From positions 24,373-88,372 of the forward strand of contig MVRV01000029.1 in NCBI GenBank assembly GCA_002068015.1: a stretch of 64,000 nucleotides of DNA, written 5' to 3'. Every line of letters starts with the position of its first letter. The stretch's first letter is position 1. The notes under the pieces are model-generated. The model ran no database searches. It saw only the letters and a list, made by a program, of their open reading frames with translations, and was not told the DNA's origin. Made by a program: the position numbers and the translations under genes. Source of the stretch: Smithella sp. PtaU1.Bin162. Lineage in GTDB: Bacteria; Desulfobacterota; Syntrophia; Syntrophales; Smithellaceae. Shown one piece after another: positions 1 to 9,051 of this stretch.

Positions 1-656
1 GCCAGATCGCCATCCGTTACCGTACGGTTGCGGATGGAATTGAGCAGCCGGACAAATTCGCCGTCTTTCTGACGATAGACTTTTTCGAGTTCAATAAACT
101 CCAGATTAAACTCACCGAAAACCTTGGCGCTGAAAAAGTAAGGGCTCGCATAATGCGACCGGAATATTTCCCGCTCCGCCGATGTGACCACCGGCGGCAA
201 TTGATAAAGATCGCCGATAAAGATCATCTGGACGCCGCCGAAAGGTTGTTTTTGTTCCGGACCGTTGAGCCGCAGAAACTTGTCTATACAGTCGAGCAGA
301 TCGGCACGCACCATGGAAATTTCGTCAATTACAATAGTAGTAAGCTTTTTGTAAATGGTTGGTTTATCCTGCTCCGTTTTCTTTTTTCTCTTGATTGAAG
401 CAGGCGTTACATTGGGCTTGAAATGAAAAAAAGAATGGATCGTCTGGCCGGAAATATTGACTGCCGCAACGCCCGTCGGCGCCAGAATCACTGTTTTCTT
501 TTTGGTATGATCGCGAAAATATGCGAGGAGCGTCGATTTCCCCGTACCTGCCCGGCCCGTAATCAGGATATTTTTTTGCGTATCTTCCATGAGATCGAGC
601 GCCCGCTGGAATTCGGGATTGAAATCTATTGCCACAGGTTTTGCTGTTTTTGTCAT
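1..656 (-). CDS. PIF1/RecD-like P-loop DNA helicase, N-terminal ~218 aa (gene continues beyond left edge)
   Basis: Own translation of the minus strand from the ATG at complement 654-656: MTKTAKPVAIDFNPEFQRALDLMEDTQKNILITGRAGTGKSTLL... It carries Walker A GRAGTGKST, APTGVAAVNI, Walker B-like TIVIDEISMV and FIGDLYQLPPV, all typical of Pif1-family helicases. It is absent from the ORF track because no stop lies in the window. Confidence 0.8.
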   Translation of the reverse strand, partial: MTKTAKPVAIDFNPEFQRALDLMEDTQKNILITGRAGTGKSTLLAYFRDHTKKKTVILAPTGVAAVNISGQTIHSFFHFKPNVTPASIKRKKKTEQDKPTIYKKLTTIVIDEISMVRADLLDCIDKFLRLNGPEQKQPFGGVQMIFIGDLYQLPPVVTSAEREIFRSHYASPYFFSAKVFGEFNLEFIELEKVYRQKDGEFVRLLNSIRNRTVTDGDL

Positions 657-730
657 GTTGGATTCCGAATAGCACCAGTAAAATTATTTTCCGATTCAAA
701 AGCAAACACCCAAGCAGAGCGCCTGGAGGT

Positions 731-970
731 CTACTTGCTTTTTTCCCGGGAGTAAGAAATTTTCTTTGTACCGCCGGCACAGGAACCGATTATCTTTTGA
801 TCTCTGACCTGATCTGCCGGGATAATTTCCAATGTATATCCCTTAACTCCCTTTTTCTGTAACTTTGCTTCTATTTCCGCCTTTAGCTCCTCACACTCTT
901 TGATTTGGGCAAAAACGGATGTGCAGCAAAACAAAGATACCGATACTAACATAATAACGATTTTTTTCAT
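731..970 (-). CDS. small secreted protein, DUF1161-like
   Basis: 79 aa with signal peptide MKKIVIMLVSVSLFCCTSVFA. The mature part CEELKAEIEAKLQKKGVKGYTLEIIP...GSCAGGTKKISY matches my recollection of the DUF1161 pattern. Confidence 0.55.
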   Translation of the reverse strand: MKKIVIMLVSVSLFCCTSVFAQIKECEELKAEIEAKLQKKGVKGYTLEIIPADQVRDQKIIGSCAGGTKKISYSREKSK

Positions 971-1007
971 GATTTATCTCCTTTTCTAAAAAAGATTGTC
1001 ACCGAAA

Positions 1008-1778
1008 TTATTTAAGACCTTGACGTTCCAAATAATTTTTCATTAATTGCAGAATCGTTTGCGCTTCTTCCTGATGCGGTCTATGGGCGCAATCAGCAAT
1101 TATTTCCTTTTGAGCGTTGAGAGTCTTTGAAGAGATTGATTCCACCTGGGCAGAGGTTGCATATTGATCCTCCGCGCCCTGTAAAACCAAAACAGGGCAG
1201 GAGATTGAAGGTAATAAATACTCAATATTCCAGTGCTTAAACCATTCACTGAGCCAGGTCTCGGACCAGGCGGAAAATATTATTTTTGTTTTCAATTCAT
1301 GATATTTGTAAAGATTATCCATCTTCCCGGCAAGAAATGCTTCCGTAGCTGATCGTACAGCGTTTACGGTTTCATCTTCCACAAAAACATGAGCCGCCTC
1401 GGTAATAACACCCCTCAGGCGAACCGGTTTCCCTGCGGCAAAAATCAAGGCAATACTACCTCCATCCGAGTGTCCGATCAAAAAATAGTCTCTGTGCGGA
1501 ATTAATTGCGCAAGAACTTCCGGCAACTCAATAAGCGCATATTCATGCATATAATGAATAGTCCAGGGAATCATCAAAGGAGACGATTGCCCGTAACCCA
1601 GACGATCGTAAATAATCCCGGGACAGCCTGTCTCCTTACACAATAGAAAGGGGAATGCTCCCCACATTTTAATGCATCCTAAACCTTCATGCAAAAAAAC
1701 CAGGTAGGGTTTATCTCCTTCTCCCTCAATCATTTCGTAACAGATTTGTTTGTCCTGACTCAGCTGTAGAATTGCCAC
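1008..1778 (-). CDS. alpha/beta-fold hydrolase
   Basis: 256 aa. Oxyanion region VFLHEGLG, nucleophile elbow GHSDGG (GxSxG) and C-terminal His (CAHRPH). GTG start preceded by AAGGAG 8 nt upstream. Confidence 0.8.
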   Translation of the reverse strand: MAILQLSQDKQICYEMIEGEGDKPYLVFLHEGLGCIKMWGAFPFLLCKETGCPGIIYDRLGYGQSSPLMIPWTIHYMHEYALIELPEVLAQLIPHRDYFLIGHSDGGSIALIFAAGKPVRLRGVITEAAHVFVEDETVNAVRSATEAFLAGKMDNLYKYHELKTKIIFSAWSETWLSEWFKHWNIEYLLPSISCPVLVLQGAEDQYATSAQVESISSKTLNAQKEIIADCAHRPHQEEAQTILQLMKNYLERQGLK

Positions 1779-2364
1779 TTGCGCAGTTCTCCTTGCTTCT
1801 CGTCTTGCTGATCGGTCGCGTGATTATTAAATATTTCTCATTCATCCTTTCTATATTTGCCATAGAATAAATATCTTAGAGAAAATGATATCCGGATTCC
1901 TGAAAATCATCACCAATAGAGATGCCTTATTAGAACCATAAGCGTTTTTTGATTAAAACATTTTTTCATAAAATTGTCACAGGTTATCTTACCATCCGGG
2001 GACATCCATCATAAAAGAAATAACGGCGACGGTTCTATTTATTTCAGAGCAGATAATCTTTTATTATTTATTTGTCTTTGCGAGGTGGATCGAAGTGTCG
2101 TAGCAACGAACCTTAACTCTGAAATATTATAGTGGTAAAATGGGCGAAAGTTAATAAGTTAACAGCGTCCCTCTATACAATCTGTACCATCCTGAGGCGA
2201 TGGTATCTTAAATAATAAGGCGCTGCTGTCCCTAATTATCCCAAAACATCTCCTTGACGATTTTCGCCTTTGGTACTAAATCTATGCCCGTCACAGGAGA
2301 TATAGCTGGTGGATGTAGTAGGGTGATCTTTTTTTAAAGAACCTGTTTTATCAAACGGCACAAT

Positions 2365-2856
2365 ATGGAATATACAATTACTCCGATAGCAAATGACGAC
2401 GGCGAAGCGATCATCGACATTTTTAATTATTACGTGGAAAACTCCTTTGCCGCCTATCCGGAAAGCAAACTTCCCTATCAGGCCTTTGATATGTTCCTGC
2501 AGATGTCGGGCGGTTTTCCGGCCGGTTCCATAAAAGATCAAAACGGCCGGGTTGTCGGTTTCGGCATGCTGCGGGCGCATAATCCGATGGCCGCCTTTGC
2601 CCAAACGGCCGAAGTAACATATTTTATTCACAAGGATTACACAGGAAAAGGATTGGGAAAAATCCTGCTGGATTTTCTGGAAAAGGGTGCGGCGGAAAAA
2701 GGCATCAAAACTATTCTGGCCAACATATCTTCCCTCAATCCCGGAAGCATCAACTTCCACCGGAAAAACGGGTTTGTGGAATGCGGCCGGTTTAAAAAAG
2801 TCGGAAAGAAGAGGGGCCGGAATTTCGATACCGTGTGGATGCAAAAGATGCTTTAA
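2365..2856 (+). CDS. GNAT family N-acetyltransferase (phosphinothricin-acetyltransferase-like)
   Basis: 163 aa. Acetyl-CoA binding block HKDYTGKGLGKILLDFLEKGAAEKGIKTILA and C-terminal FHRKNGFVECGRF. The overlapping 217-aa minus ORF is antisense noise. Confidence 0.8.
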   Translation: MEYTITPIANDDGEAIIDIFNYYVENSFAAYPESKLPYQAFDMFLQMSGGFPAGSIKDQNGRVVGFGMLRAHNPMAAFAQTAEVTYFIHKDYTGKGLGKILLDFLEKGAAEKGIKTILANISSLNPGSINFHRKNGFVECGRFKKVGKKRGRNFDTVWMQKML

Positions 2857-2900
2857 TAACTGAGAGTTTTGCACAACCACATGAAACAACCAATTTTGTC

Positions 2901-3055
2901 ATGCCGGCAGAGGAAACTGTGTCGCAATTATCAAATTTACATGTTTGTCATTCTGAACGAAGTGAAGAATCTAATAAAAACAAAACATTGGAACAAAGAG
3001 ATTCTTCGGCTAAAGCCTCAGAATGACATTGCGACATAGTCTCAGAGGCCGGCAT
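2901..3055. repeat. nested imperfect inverted repeats (REP-like palindromic element)
   Basis: Outer arms are 2901-2928 atgccggcagaggaaactgtgtcgcaat and 3028-3055 attgcgacatagtctcagaggccggcat, about 22 of 28 positions pairable. Inner arms are 2947-2972 gtcattctgaacgaagtgaagaatct and 2999-3027 agattcttcggctaaagcctcagaatgac, with 10 bp + 8 bp stems around an internal loop. Confidence 0.75.
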
Positions 3056-3080
3056 CCAGTATTATCAATTATTGCCTAGT

Positions 3081-3133
3081 TCCCGGCCTTCGCCGGGACG
3101 ACGCCTGGATTCCGGGTCAAGCCCGAAATGACG
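3081..3133. repeat. short GC-rich palindromic element
   Basis: tcccggccttcgccgggacgacgcctggattccgggtcaagcccgaaatgacg. It has a perfect 6-bp hairpin cccggc/gccggg at 3082-3097 and a second weaker hairpin at 3112-3125. The reverse strand reads ..VVPAKAGN.., as in a widespread family of short intergenic repeats. Confidence 0.55.
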
Positions 3134-3237
3134 AATAGAGAAATTATGCAAAGATATCTAACTGCCTTAACGCTGACGTCAATTTCGATACGCTTTATTG
3201 CCGTCTATCGCCGGTTAACAGGAGGTAACATTCTTCC

Positions 3238-3900
3238 GTGAGAGTACTTTTTATAGGTAATAGTTATACCTACAGCAACAATCTTCCGCAGATTCTGCAG
3301 GATTTAGCAAATGCGGCGGGAAAATCGCTCACCGCATCGATGGTCACAAGCGGAGACAAGACGCTGGAATGGCACTGGTACAACCCGCATACTCTGCAGG
3401 CCATAGACAACGGCCCCTGGGATTTTATCGCCCTGCAGGATCACAGTTTGCGGGCCGTGGAAGAACCCGACAAGCTGCACGGCGCAGTAAAGAAACTCGC
3501 CGCCAGAATCCATAAAGCCAATGCCACTCCTGTGCTCTTTATTACCTGGGCAAGAAGACACATTCCGGAAATGCAGGATGATGTAACTCAAACATATCTT
3601 CACGCCGCCCGGGAGATTGGCGCCAGGGTAGCCCCCGTAGGCCCGACATGGCAGCGGGCGCTCAGCTCTTTCCCGGAATTGTCGCTGCATATCGATGACC
3701 ACAGTCATCCGAACCTGCTGGGCAGTTACCTTACCGCCTGTGTATTCTATGCGACATTGTTTGAAGAATCGCCGGCCGTATTGTCCCATACGTTCAGGAT
3801 TTCGGACGGAGTTACCGCTGTTATCGACAACGACAAGGCCGCTTTTTTGCAGCAGACGGCCTGGGCAACATTCGAGGAATTCAAAAACAGCGGCAGATAA
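3238..3900 (+). CDS. SGNH/GDSL-like hydrolase family protein (no signal peptide)
   Basis: 220 aa. Block I is at the extreme N-terminus (VLFIGNSYTY) and the C-terminal DDHSHP resembles the catalytic DxxH. GTG start with AGGAGG about 11 nt upstream. Confidence 0.6.
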   Translation: MRVLFIGNSYTYSNNLPQILQDLANAAGKSLTASMVTSGDKTLEWHWYNPHTLQAIDNGPWDFIALQDHSLRAVEEPDKLHGAVKKLAARIHKANATPVLFITWARRHIPEMQDDVTQTYLHAAREIGARVAPVGPTWQRALSSFPELSLHIDDHSHPNLLGSYLTACVFYATLFEESPAVLSHTFRISDGVTAVIDNDKAAFLQQTAWATFEEFKNSGR

Positions 3901-4000
3901 CAGGCCGGCCGGTTGCCGTTGGACCGGCATAAACATTCCGGCTTTTGCAGAATCAGGAAGTCGAACCGTTTACTATTCCCTACCGGAGAAGGAAAACAAA

Positions 4001-4375
4001 ATGAGCAGATACCTTGCCGGAGTTTTAAGCTGTGCCATAATATTTTTATGCACGACCGGCTGCTCCACGCAGCAGAAAAAGCACCTGACCATTGACGGAG
4101 GCAACCCGATCGTTTACCGTTGTGAAAACAATGATCAGATCACTGCACGCTATTACAATATCTCCGACAAAAGTCTCCATTTTGTTAAGGTACTCCTTCC
4201 GGGAGACACAGAATATACCCTGCCTTGCGTTCTTTCCGCATCGGGTGCACGGTATACGGATGATAGAGAAATAGTATGGTGGACAAAAGGGAGCTTTGCC
4301 TTTCTGGAAGCACGAGACAAGAGCGGCAACTGGCGGATAAAGTACAATAACTGTAAGGAAATCGCTGATAAATAA
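4001..4375 (+). CDS. mliC: MliC-family lipoprotein (membrane-bound lysozyme inhibitor of C-type lysozyme)
   Basis: Internal ATG at 4001 within track ORF 3695-4375. Signal peptide plus lipobox-like LCTTGC. YRCENNDQITARYY...LSASGARYTDDREIVWWTKG matches the MliC signature (SASGARY..W.KG). Confidence 0.75.
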   Translation: MSRYLAGVLSCAIIFLCTTGCSTQQKKHLTIDGGNPIVYRCENNDQITARYYNISDKSLHFVKVLLPGDTEYTLPCVLSASGARYTDDREIVWWTKGSFAFLEARDKSGNWRIKYNNCKEIADK

Positions 4376-4455
4376 AACCGTCTGCTGAACCGTACCGGTA
4401 AATGTTTACAAAAATTATTTAATTGTGTTTTTCGAAACTTCGTCCGGGACACCAA

Positions 4456-5301
4456 ATGGGAAATACATATAAAACCGCGGGCATTCTGGCCATGGCGGCC
4501 ACAGCCTTCTTCTGGAGCATTGCCGGGCTGTTTATTAAATTAATCGACTGGAATCCGATTGCCATAGCGGGTATGCGCAGTATCATCGCTTCCATCGCCA
4601 TACTTATTTACCTTCGGCACCCCGTAATCCACTTTTCTTTCCCTCAGATTGCCGCGGCTGTCGCCAATGCCGCAACCATGTTTTTGTTTGTCTCGGCCAA
4701 TAAAACCACCACAGCGGCCAATGCAATCCTGCTCCAGTATATCGCCCCGGTACTGACCGCCTTTATCGGCTTTATGCTGATTAAAGAAAGGCCGCACAAG
4801 GAACATTTCATCGCCTTTCCTTTCGTGATCGCCGGAATAATCATTATGTTTTTTGATGAACTGGGCGGCGGAAGATTATTCGGCAACGTGCTTGCCGTTC
4901 TTTCCGGAATTACATTCAGTTTTTATTTCGTGTTCATGCGCATGCAAAAAGATGGCTCACCGCTGGAATCTATTCTTCTATCACACTGGCTGAACGCCGG
5001 CATCTGCATTGTCATATCGCTTTTTCTTCCTCTGCCCCAGATAACCGGTAAGGCGCTTTTGGCCATTGCGGCATTGGGTATTGTCCAGATGGGGCTTTCG
5101 GCAATTCTATTTTCGGTCGCCATTAAACGAATTTCCGCGGTTTCCGCAAACCTCATCGCCGTTATCGAACCGGTTTTCAATCCCGTCTGGGTATTTCTGG
5201 CCATTGGAGAAGCGCCGGGCGTGCAGGCGCTCGCGGGCGGAGCAATCATTGTGGTTGCGGTAACAGTAGCTTCCATCATCAGCGCAAGAAGGAAGGAGTA
5301 A
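4456..5301 (+). CDS. EamA/DMT-superfamily transporter
   Basis: About 281 aa from the ATG at 4456. About 10 hydrophobic helices in two homologous halves, typical of EamA domains. Confidence 0.8.
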   Translation: MGNTYKTAGILAMAATAFFWSIAGLFIKLIDWNPIAIAGMRSIIASIAILIYLRHPVIHFSFPQIAAAVANAATMFLFVSANKTTTAANAILLQYIAPVLTAFIGFMLIKERPHKEHFIAFPFVIAGIIIMFFDELGGGRLFGNVLAVLSGITFSFYFVFMRMQKDGSPLESILLSHWLNAGICIVISLFLPLPQITGKALLAIAALGIVQMGLSAILFSVAIKRISAVSANLIAVIEPVFNPVWVFLAIGEAPGVQALAGGAIIVVAVTVASIISARRKE

Positions 5302-5372
5302 CTTACAGGTTTTAATAATTGTCCATTAATGATAAAAAGACCTCGGTCATAAAAACTTACCGGAAGCAAATA

Positions 5373-6200
5373 ATGGATGACAATGGTTTCATCATAAAAG
5401 ATTTTTTTGTTGACGATGTACCGGTGATTACCTGTGTAAAAACCGGTGTGCAGCAGAAACCTCTTTTAATATTTTCCCATGAATTTCGCAGCAAAAAAGA
5501 ATTCTTCCTCGAAGAGATGAAATTCTTCGCCGGGCATGATTTCTTTACGATTGCCGTTGATAACAAGCATCACGGAATGAGAAAAGAACCGCCGTTTGCC
5601 GCAATGTGCATGGAAGACGGAAAATTCAATGTATTAAAAATAAGAAAAATCATCAATGATTCCGCTTACGATATTCCCAAAATAATTGATTATCTGATTA
5701 ATACGGAAAACTTGGATATTACCCGGATCGGCCTGTACGGCATCTCCATGGGTGGTTATATAGCCTTTAAAGTATTAACTATGGACGACCGGGTCAGTTT
5801 TGCCGCTCTCTTTATCAGTTCACCCTACTGGAATGATATTCCACCTTCCGATTTTTTTCTGAACAATGAGACTATAAGAAAAGATCTGGAAGAATATGCC
5901 GCCGCCGAAAGCCCGGCTAGCGCCGTGGAAAAAATAAAAACCTGTAAAATACTCCTGCAAAACGGCGCCGCCGATACTCATTTCAACATCAATAAAGTCA
6001 AAAATTTTGTTGCCTTACTGCAAAACGGGAAAAACACAAACTTGGATTTTTTTGAGTATGCGGGAGTGAAGCACGAAGTTACGGAAGAGATGAAATTAAA
6101 AGCACGCTCCTGGATTTTCCGAACAATTATCAAGACCGGAAAGCGGGAAGAAATCGTCCGACAACAGGATAATTTTAACTTAATTAAAGGAGGTAAATAA
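5373..6200 (+). CDS. alpha/beta hydrolase (dienelactone hydrolase / S9 peptidase-like)
   Basis: Nucleophile elbow GISMGGY, late acidic residue NGAADTH and C-terminal His (VKHEV). The track ORF begins at a TTG at 5319. The ATG at 5373 has GGAAG 8 nt upstream, so the start is uncertain. Confidence 0.7.
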   Translation: MDDNGFIIKDFFVDDVPVITCVKTGVQQKPLLIFSHEFRSKKEFFLEEMKFFAGHDFFTIAVDNKHHGMRKEPPFAAMCMEDGKFNVLKIRKIINDSAYDIPKIIDYLINTENLDITRIGLYGISMGGYIAFKVLTMDDRVSFAALFISSPYWNDIPPSDFFLNNETIRKDLEEYAAAESPASAVEKIKTCKILLQNGAADTHFNINKVKNFVALLQNGKNTNLDFFEYAGVKHEVTEEMKLKARSWIFRTIIKTGKREEIVRQQDNFNLIKGGK

Positions 6201-6202
6201 AC

Positions 6203-6508
6203 ATGCCGGAATTCAGCAATCCCTTTGCCGTTTTGAAAAATGACCGCAAATTAACCAAACCGGAGCTCGTGCGCGCAATTCGCTTCATGATTGCGGCGGA
6301 GTACGAAGCCATTCAGCTCTACCAGCAGACTGCCGAGAGTACGGATAATAAACTGGCCCGCGAAGTGCTTACCGACATTGCCAACGAGGAAAAAGAACAC
6401 GCCGGAGAATTTCTGCGCCTGCTGCACGAACTGGAACCCGAGGAAGAAAAATTTTATTCCGAGGGTTATATAGAAGTGGAAGAAATGATTGCCAAGCTCA
6501 AAAAATAA
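6203..6508 (+). CDS. EncFtn-type (encapsulated-ferritin-like) mini-ferritin, no recognisable targeting peptide
   Basis: 101 aa. AIRFMIAAEYEAIQLYQQTAESTDNKLAREVLTDIANEEKEHAGEFLRLLHE parallels Rhodospirillum rubrum EncFtn (..MEELEAVDWYDQ..HNRDEEKEHAAMTLEWLRR), including the Glu/Tyr and EEKEH ferroxidase positions. Strong RBS AAAGGAGG. The start lies 2 nt after the stop of the upstream hydrolase. Confidence 0.7.
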   Translation: MPEFSNPFAVLKNDRKLTKPELVRAIRFMIAAEYEAIQLYQQTAESTDNKLAREVLTDIANEEKEHAGEFLRLLHELEPEEEKFYSEGYIEVEEMIAKLKK

Positions 6509-6511
6509 GCA

Positions 6512-7801
6512 TCACTTCGTATTTCTTACATCAATCGAATTGGCGTGGGCATCCAAGCCTTCCATCCGGGCAAAATGAGCCGTTTTTGCGCCCAGTGCCT
6601 TCAGCGCTTCCGGTGAAAAATGAAGCACACTCATCCGTTTGATAAAGTCATATACACCGAGCGGTGACGAAAAACGCGCCGTACCTTCAGTGGGCAAAAT
6701 GTGGTTTGTCCCGGCCATATAGTCACCCAGAGCTTCCGGCGTGTAGGAACCAAGAAAAACGGCACCGGCACTGTGTATCCTGCCTAAAATATCCGGAGCA
6801 TTTTCCACCATCAATTCCAGATGCTCCGGCGCGAAAATATTGGCCAGCTCCACAGCTTCATCAAGATGGGATGTAATAATAATTGCACCGTATTTAGCGA
6901 GTGAACTTTCCATTATGGAGGTGCGCGACAAGGTTGCAATCTGTCTTTCCACTTCCCGGGAAACTTCGTGTGCCAGATTTTCATCGGGCGTGAGCAGAAT
7001 TGCGGCCGCCATTTCATCATGTTCCGCCTGTGCCAGCAAATCGGCGGCAGCAAAGGATGCCTGCGCCGTTTTATCGGCGACCACCACGACTTCACTGGGA
7101 CCGGCAATCATATCAATATCCACCTGGCCGAAAACAAGTTTTTTGGCTGCAGCGACATAAGCATTGCCGGGACCGACAATTTTATCCACCCGCGGAATTG
7201 TTTCGGTGCCGTAAGCAAGCGCCGCTATCGCCTGGGCGCCACCTACCTTAAAAATCCGTTTTACAAAGCCAACTTCCGCTGCCGCGGCAATTAACGGATT
7301 GATTCTGCCGTCTTTCGCCGGATTCACCACAATTATTTCCTCGACTCCGGCGATATGCGCCGGAATAGCGGCCATAAGCAGTGTCGAAGGATAAAAAGCC
7401 TTGCCGCCGGGGGCATAAATACCGACCCGCTGCAGGGGCAAAATCCGCTGACCCAGTTCCATGCCTTCTTCATCATCGGCAAGCCAGCTTCGGACCACCT
7501 GGTGATTATGGTAATTTTCAATCCGCCGGGCCGCGAGTTTAATAACGTCAAAATCTTCCGGCCGAACCTGCGCAAGCGCCGACTTTCTTTCCGCGGCAGT
7601 AACTTCCACCGTCGCCGCATTGAGTTCATATTTGTCGAATTTTGCCGTATAATGAAACAGGGCTTCATCGCCTTTGACGGCAACATCGCGCACTATTTCC
7701 ACAACTGATGCCAGCAGTTCGGGAGTCAGAGAACCTCCCCGCTGGCGCAGCTTACGAAAAAAATCGCGAAATTCGGGAGCGCTGGATTTAATAATTCTCA
7801 T
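6512..7801 (-). CDS. hisD: histidinol dehydrogenase
   Basis: 429 aa, full length. Signature blocks IDMIAGPSEVVVVAD, AQAEHDEMA and GPGNAYVAAAKK. Confidence 0.95.
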   Translation of the reverse strand: MRIIKSSAPEFRDFFRKLRQRGGSLTPELLASVVEIVRDVAVKGDEALFHYTAKFDKYELNAATVEVTAAERKSALAQVRPEDFDVIKLAARRIENYHNHQVVRSWLADDEEGMELGQRILPLQRVGIYAPGGKAFYPSTLLMAAIPAHIAGVEEIIVVNPAKDGRINPLIAAAAEVGFVKRIFKVGGAQAIAALAYGTETIPRVDKIVGPGNAYVAAAKKLVFGQVDIDMIAGPSEVVVVADKTAQASFAAADLLAQAEHDEMAAAILLTPDENLAHEVSREVERQIATLSRTSIMESSLAKYGAIIITSHLDEAVELANIFAPEHLELMVENAPDILGRIHSAGAVFLGSYTPEALGDYMAGTNHILPTEGTARFSSPLGVYDFIKRMSVLHFSPEALKALGAKTAHFARMEGLDAHANSIDVRNTK

Positions 7802-7803
7802 AA

Positions 7804-9051
7804 TTATTTTATCCTTTTAATATCCGCACCAAGGGCGGAAAATTTCTTTTCTATCGCCTGATAACCCCGGTCAATATGATAAACCCGGGAAATTTCCGTT
7901 GTTCCCCGGGCAACCAGTGCCGCCAGAAGCAACGAAGCCGAAGCCCGCAAATCGGTAGCCATAGTCTGGGCACCGTGCAGTGCAGGCACACCGCGGACAA
8001 TAGCGCTGCCTCCCTGAATAACAATGTCCGCACCCATCCGCATCAATTCACTCACATGCATAAAACGGTTTTCAAAAACCGTTTCCGTAACCACACTCAA
8101 GCCATCGCCTACGGACATATAGGCCATTATCTGGGCTTGCAGATCCGTCGCAAACCCAGGATAGGGAAGAGTTTTAACATCAACGCTCCTTATCTTCGTG
8201 CCGCCGGATGCTTTCAAGCCGCCAGGAACAGGTGTGATTTTCATCCCGGTATCGCGCAGTTTGTTGACCAATGCCTCCAAATGAGAAGGATTGCAGCCCA
8301 AAATATTTATTTCACCGGAAGTCATACCGGCCGCAATCATGAAGGTACCGGCTTCAATCCGATCGGGAATAATTGATGCTTCCGCAGGTACGAGCGAGGT
8401 TACACCTTCAATTGTTATTACATCACTGCCGGCTCCGCTGATTTTCGCCCCCATGCTTTTAAGAACATCCGCCAGATTGACAATTTCCGGCTCACAGGCG
8501 GAATTGTTGAGCACGGTGGTCCCTTCCGCCAGAACCGCCGCCATCATAATGTTTTCAGTACCGGTCACCGTGGGAATATCAAAATAAATATCGGCACCTT
8601 TTAATTTTTTCGCCCGTGCCTCAATATAACCGTTATTTAATTCAACCTGGGCACCAAGATCCTGCAGCGCTTTAATATGAAGATTGACCGGCCGGGCGCC
8701 AATGGCGCATCCGCCGGGCAAAGATACCCTTGCCAAACCCAGGCGCGCAACAAGCGGCCCCAGAACCAGCACGGAAGCCCGCATGGTTTTCACAAGCTCA
8801 TAGGGAGCTTCGGATTTTGTAATTTTCTCGGCATTGATACGTACGGTTTCACCGCCTTCGATTTCCACACCCAGATTTTTCAGAAGCTTTTTGATCGTCT
8901 TAATATCCACAAGATCCGGTATGTTATGAAATGTACTCGTTCCGGGAGCAAGCAGAGCGGAGGCAAGAACAGGCAGTGCGGCGTTTTTCGCTCCGCTTAC
9001 ATGCACATCTCCGCAAAGAGGCTTTCCTCCCTGAATAACAAATTTATCCAC
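7804..9051 (-). CDS. murA: UDP-N-acetylglucosamine 1-carboxyvinyltransferase
   Basis: 415 aa. N-terminal [27 protein letters not shown] and active-site Cys loop [18 protein letters not shown] start abuts the prmC stop. Confidence 0.95.
   Translation of the reverse strand: MDKFVIQGGKPLCGDVHVSGAKNAALPVLASALLAPGTSTFHNIPDLVDIKTIKKLLKNLGVEIEGGETVRINAEKITKSEAPYELVKTMRASVLVLGPLVARLGLARVSLPGGCAIGARPVNLHIKALQDLGAQVELNNGYIEARAKKLKGADIYFDIPTVTGTENIMMAAVLAEGTTVLNNSACEPEIVNLADVLKSMGAKISGAGSDVITIEGVTSLVPAEASIIPDRIEAGTFMIAAGMTSGEINILGCNPSHLEALVNKLRDTGMKITPVPGGLKASGGTKIRSVDVKTLPYPGFATDLQAQIMAYMSVGDGLSVVTETVFENRFMHVSELMRMGADIVIQGGSAIVRGVPALHGAQTMATDLRASASLLLAALVARGTTEISRVYHIDRGYQAIEKKFSALGADIKRIK

Noticed and set aside
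1779-2364. 586-nt AT-rich gap; looked for tRNA, small RNA, a toxin-antitoxin pair or a small ORF
   Set aside because: I found no tRNA-like T-loop or acceptor pattern. Only ORFs of fewer than 20 codons without an RBS are present. There is one modest hairpin (taccatc..gatggta, about 2186-2206). Nothing here can be supported by eye.
2236-2889. 217-aa minus-strand ORF overlapping the GNAT gene
   Set aside because: It is antisense to the GNAT ORF, which has clear acetyl-CoA-binding motifs. This ORF has no motifs.
2835-3026. 63-aa plus ORF (..VCHSERSEESNKN..)
   Set aside because: It is a translation of the nested palindromic repeat arms, with no RBS and no independent coding evidence.
3304-3936. 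210-aa minus ORF and the 5' part of plus ORF 3695-4375
   Set aside because: The minus ORF is antisense to the SGNH-like gene. In the plus ORF, only the part from the ATG at 4001 (signal peptide, lipobox, MliC signature) looks real. The upstream 102 codons overlap the SGNH gene out of frame.
3238-4375. SGNH hydrolase + MliC as a lysozyme-resistance or peptidoglycan O-acetyl pair
   Set aside because: The SGNH-like protein has no signal peptide, since the catalytic block starts at residue 5. The two genes are separated by 100 nt, so adjacency alone is not enough.
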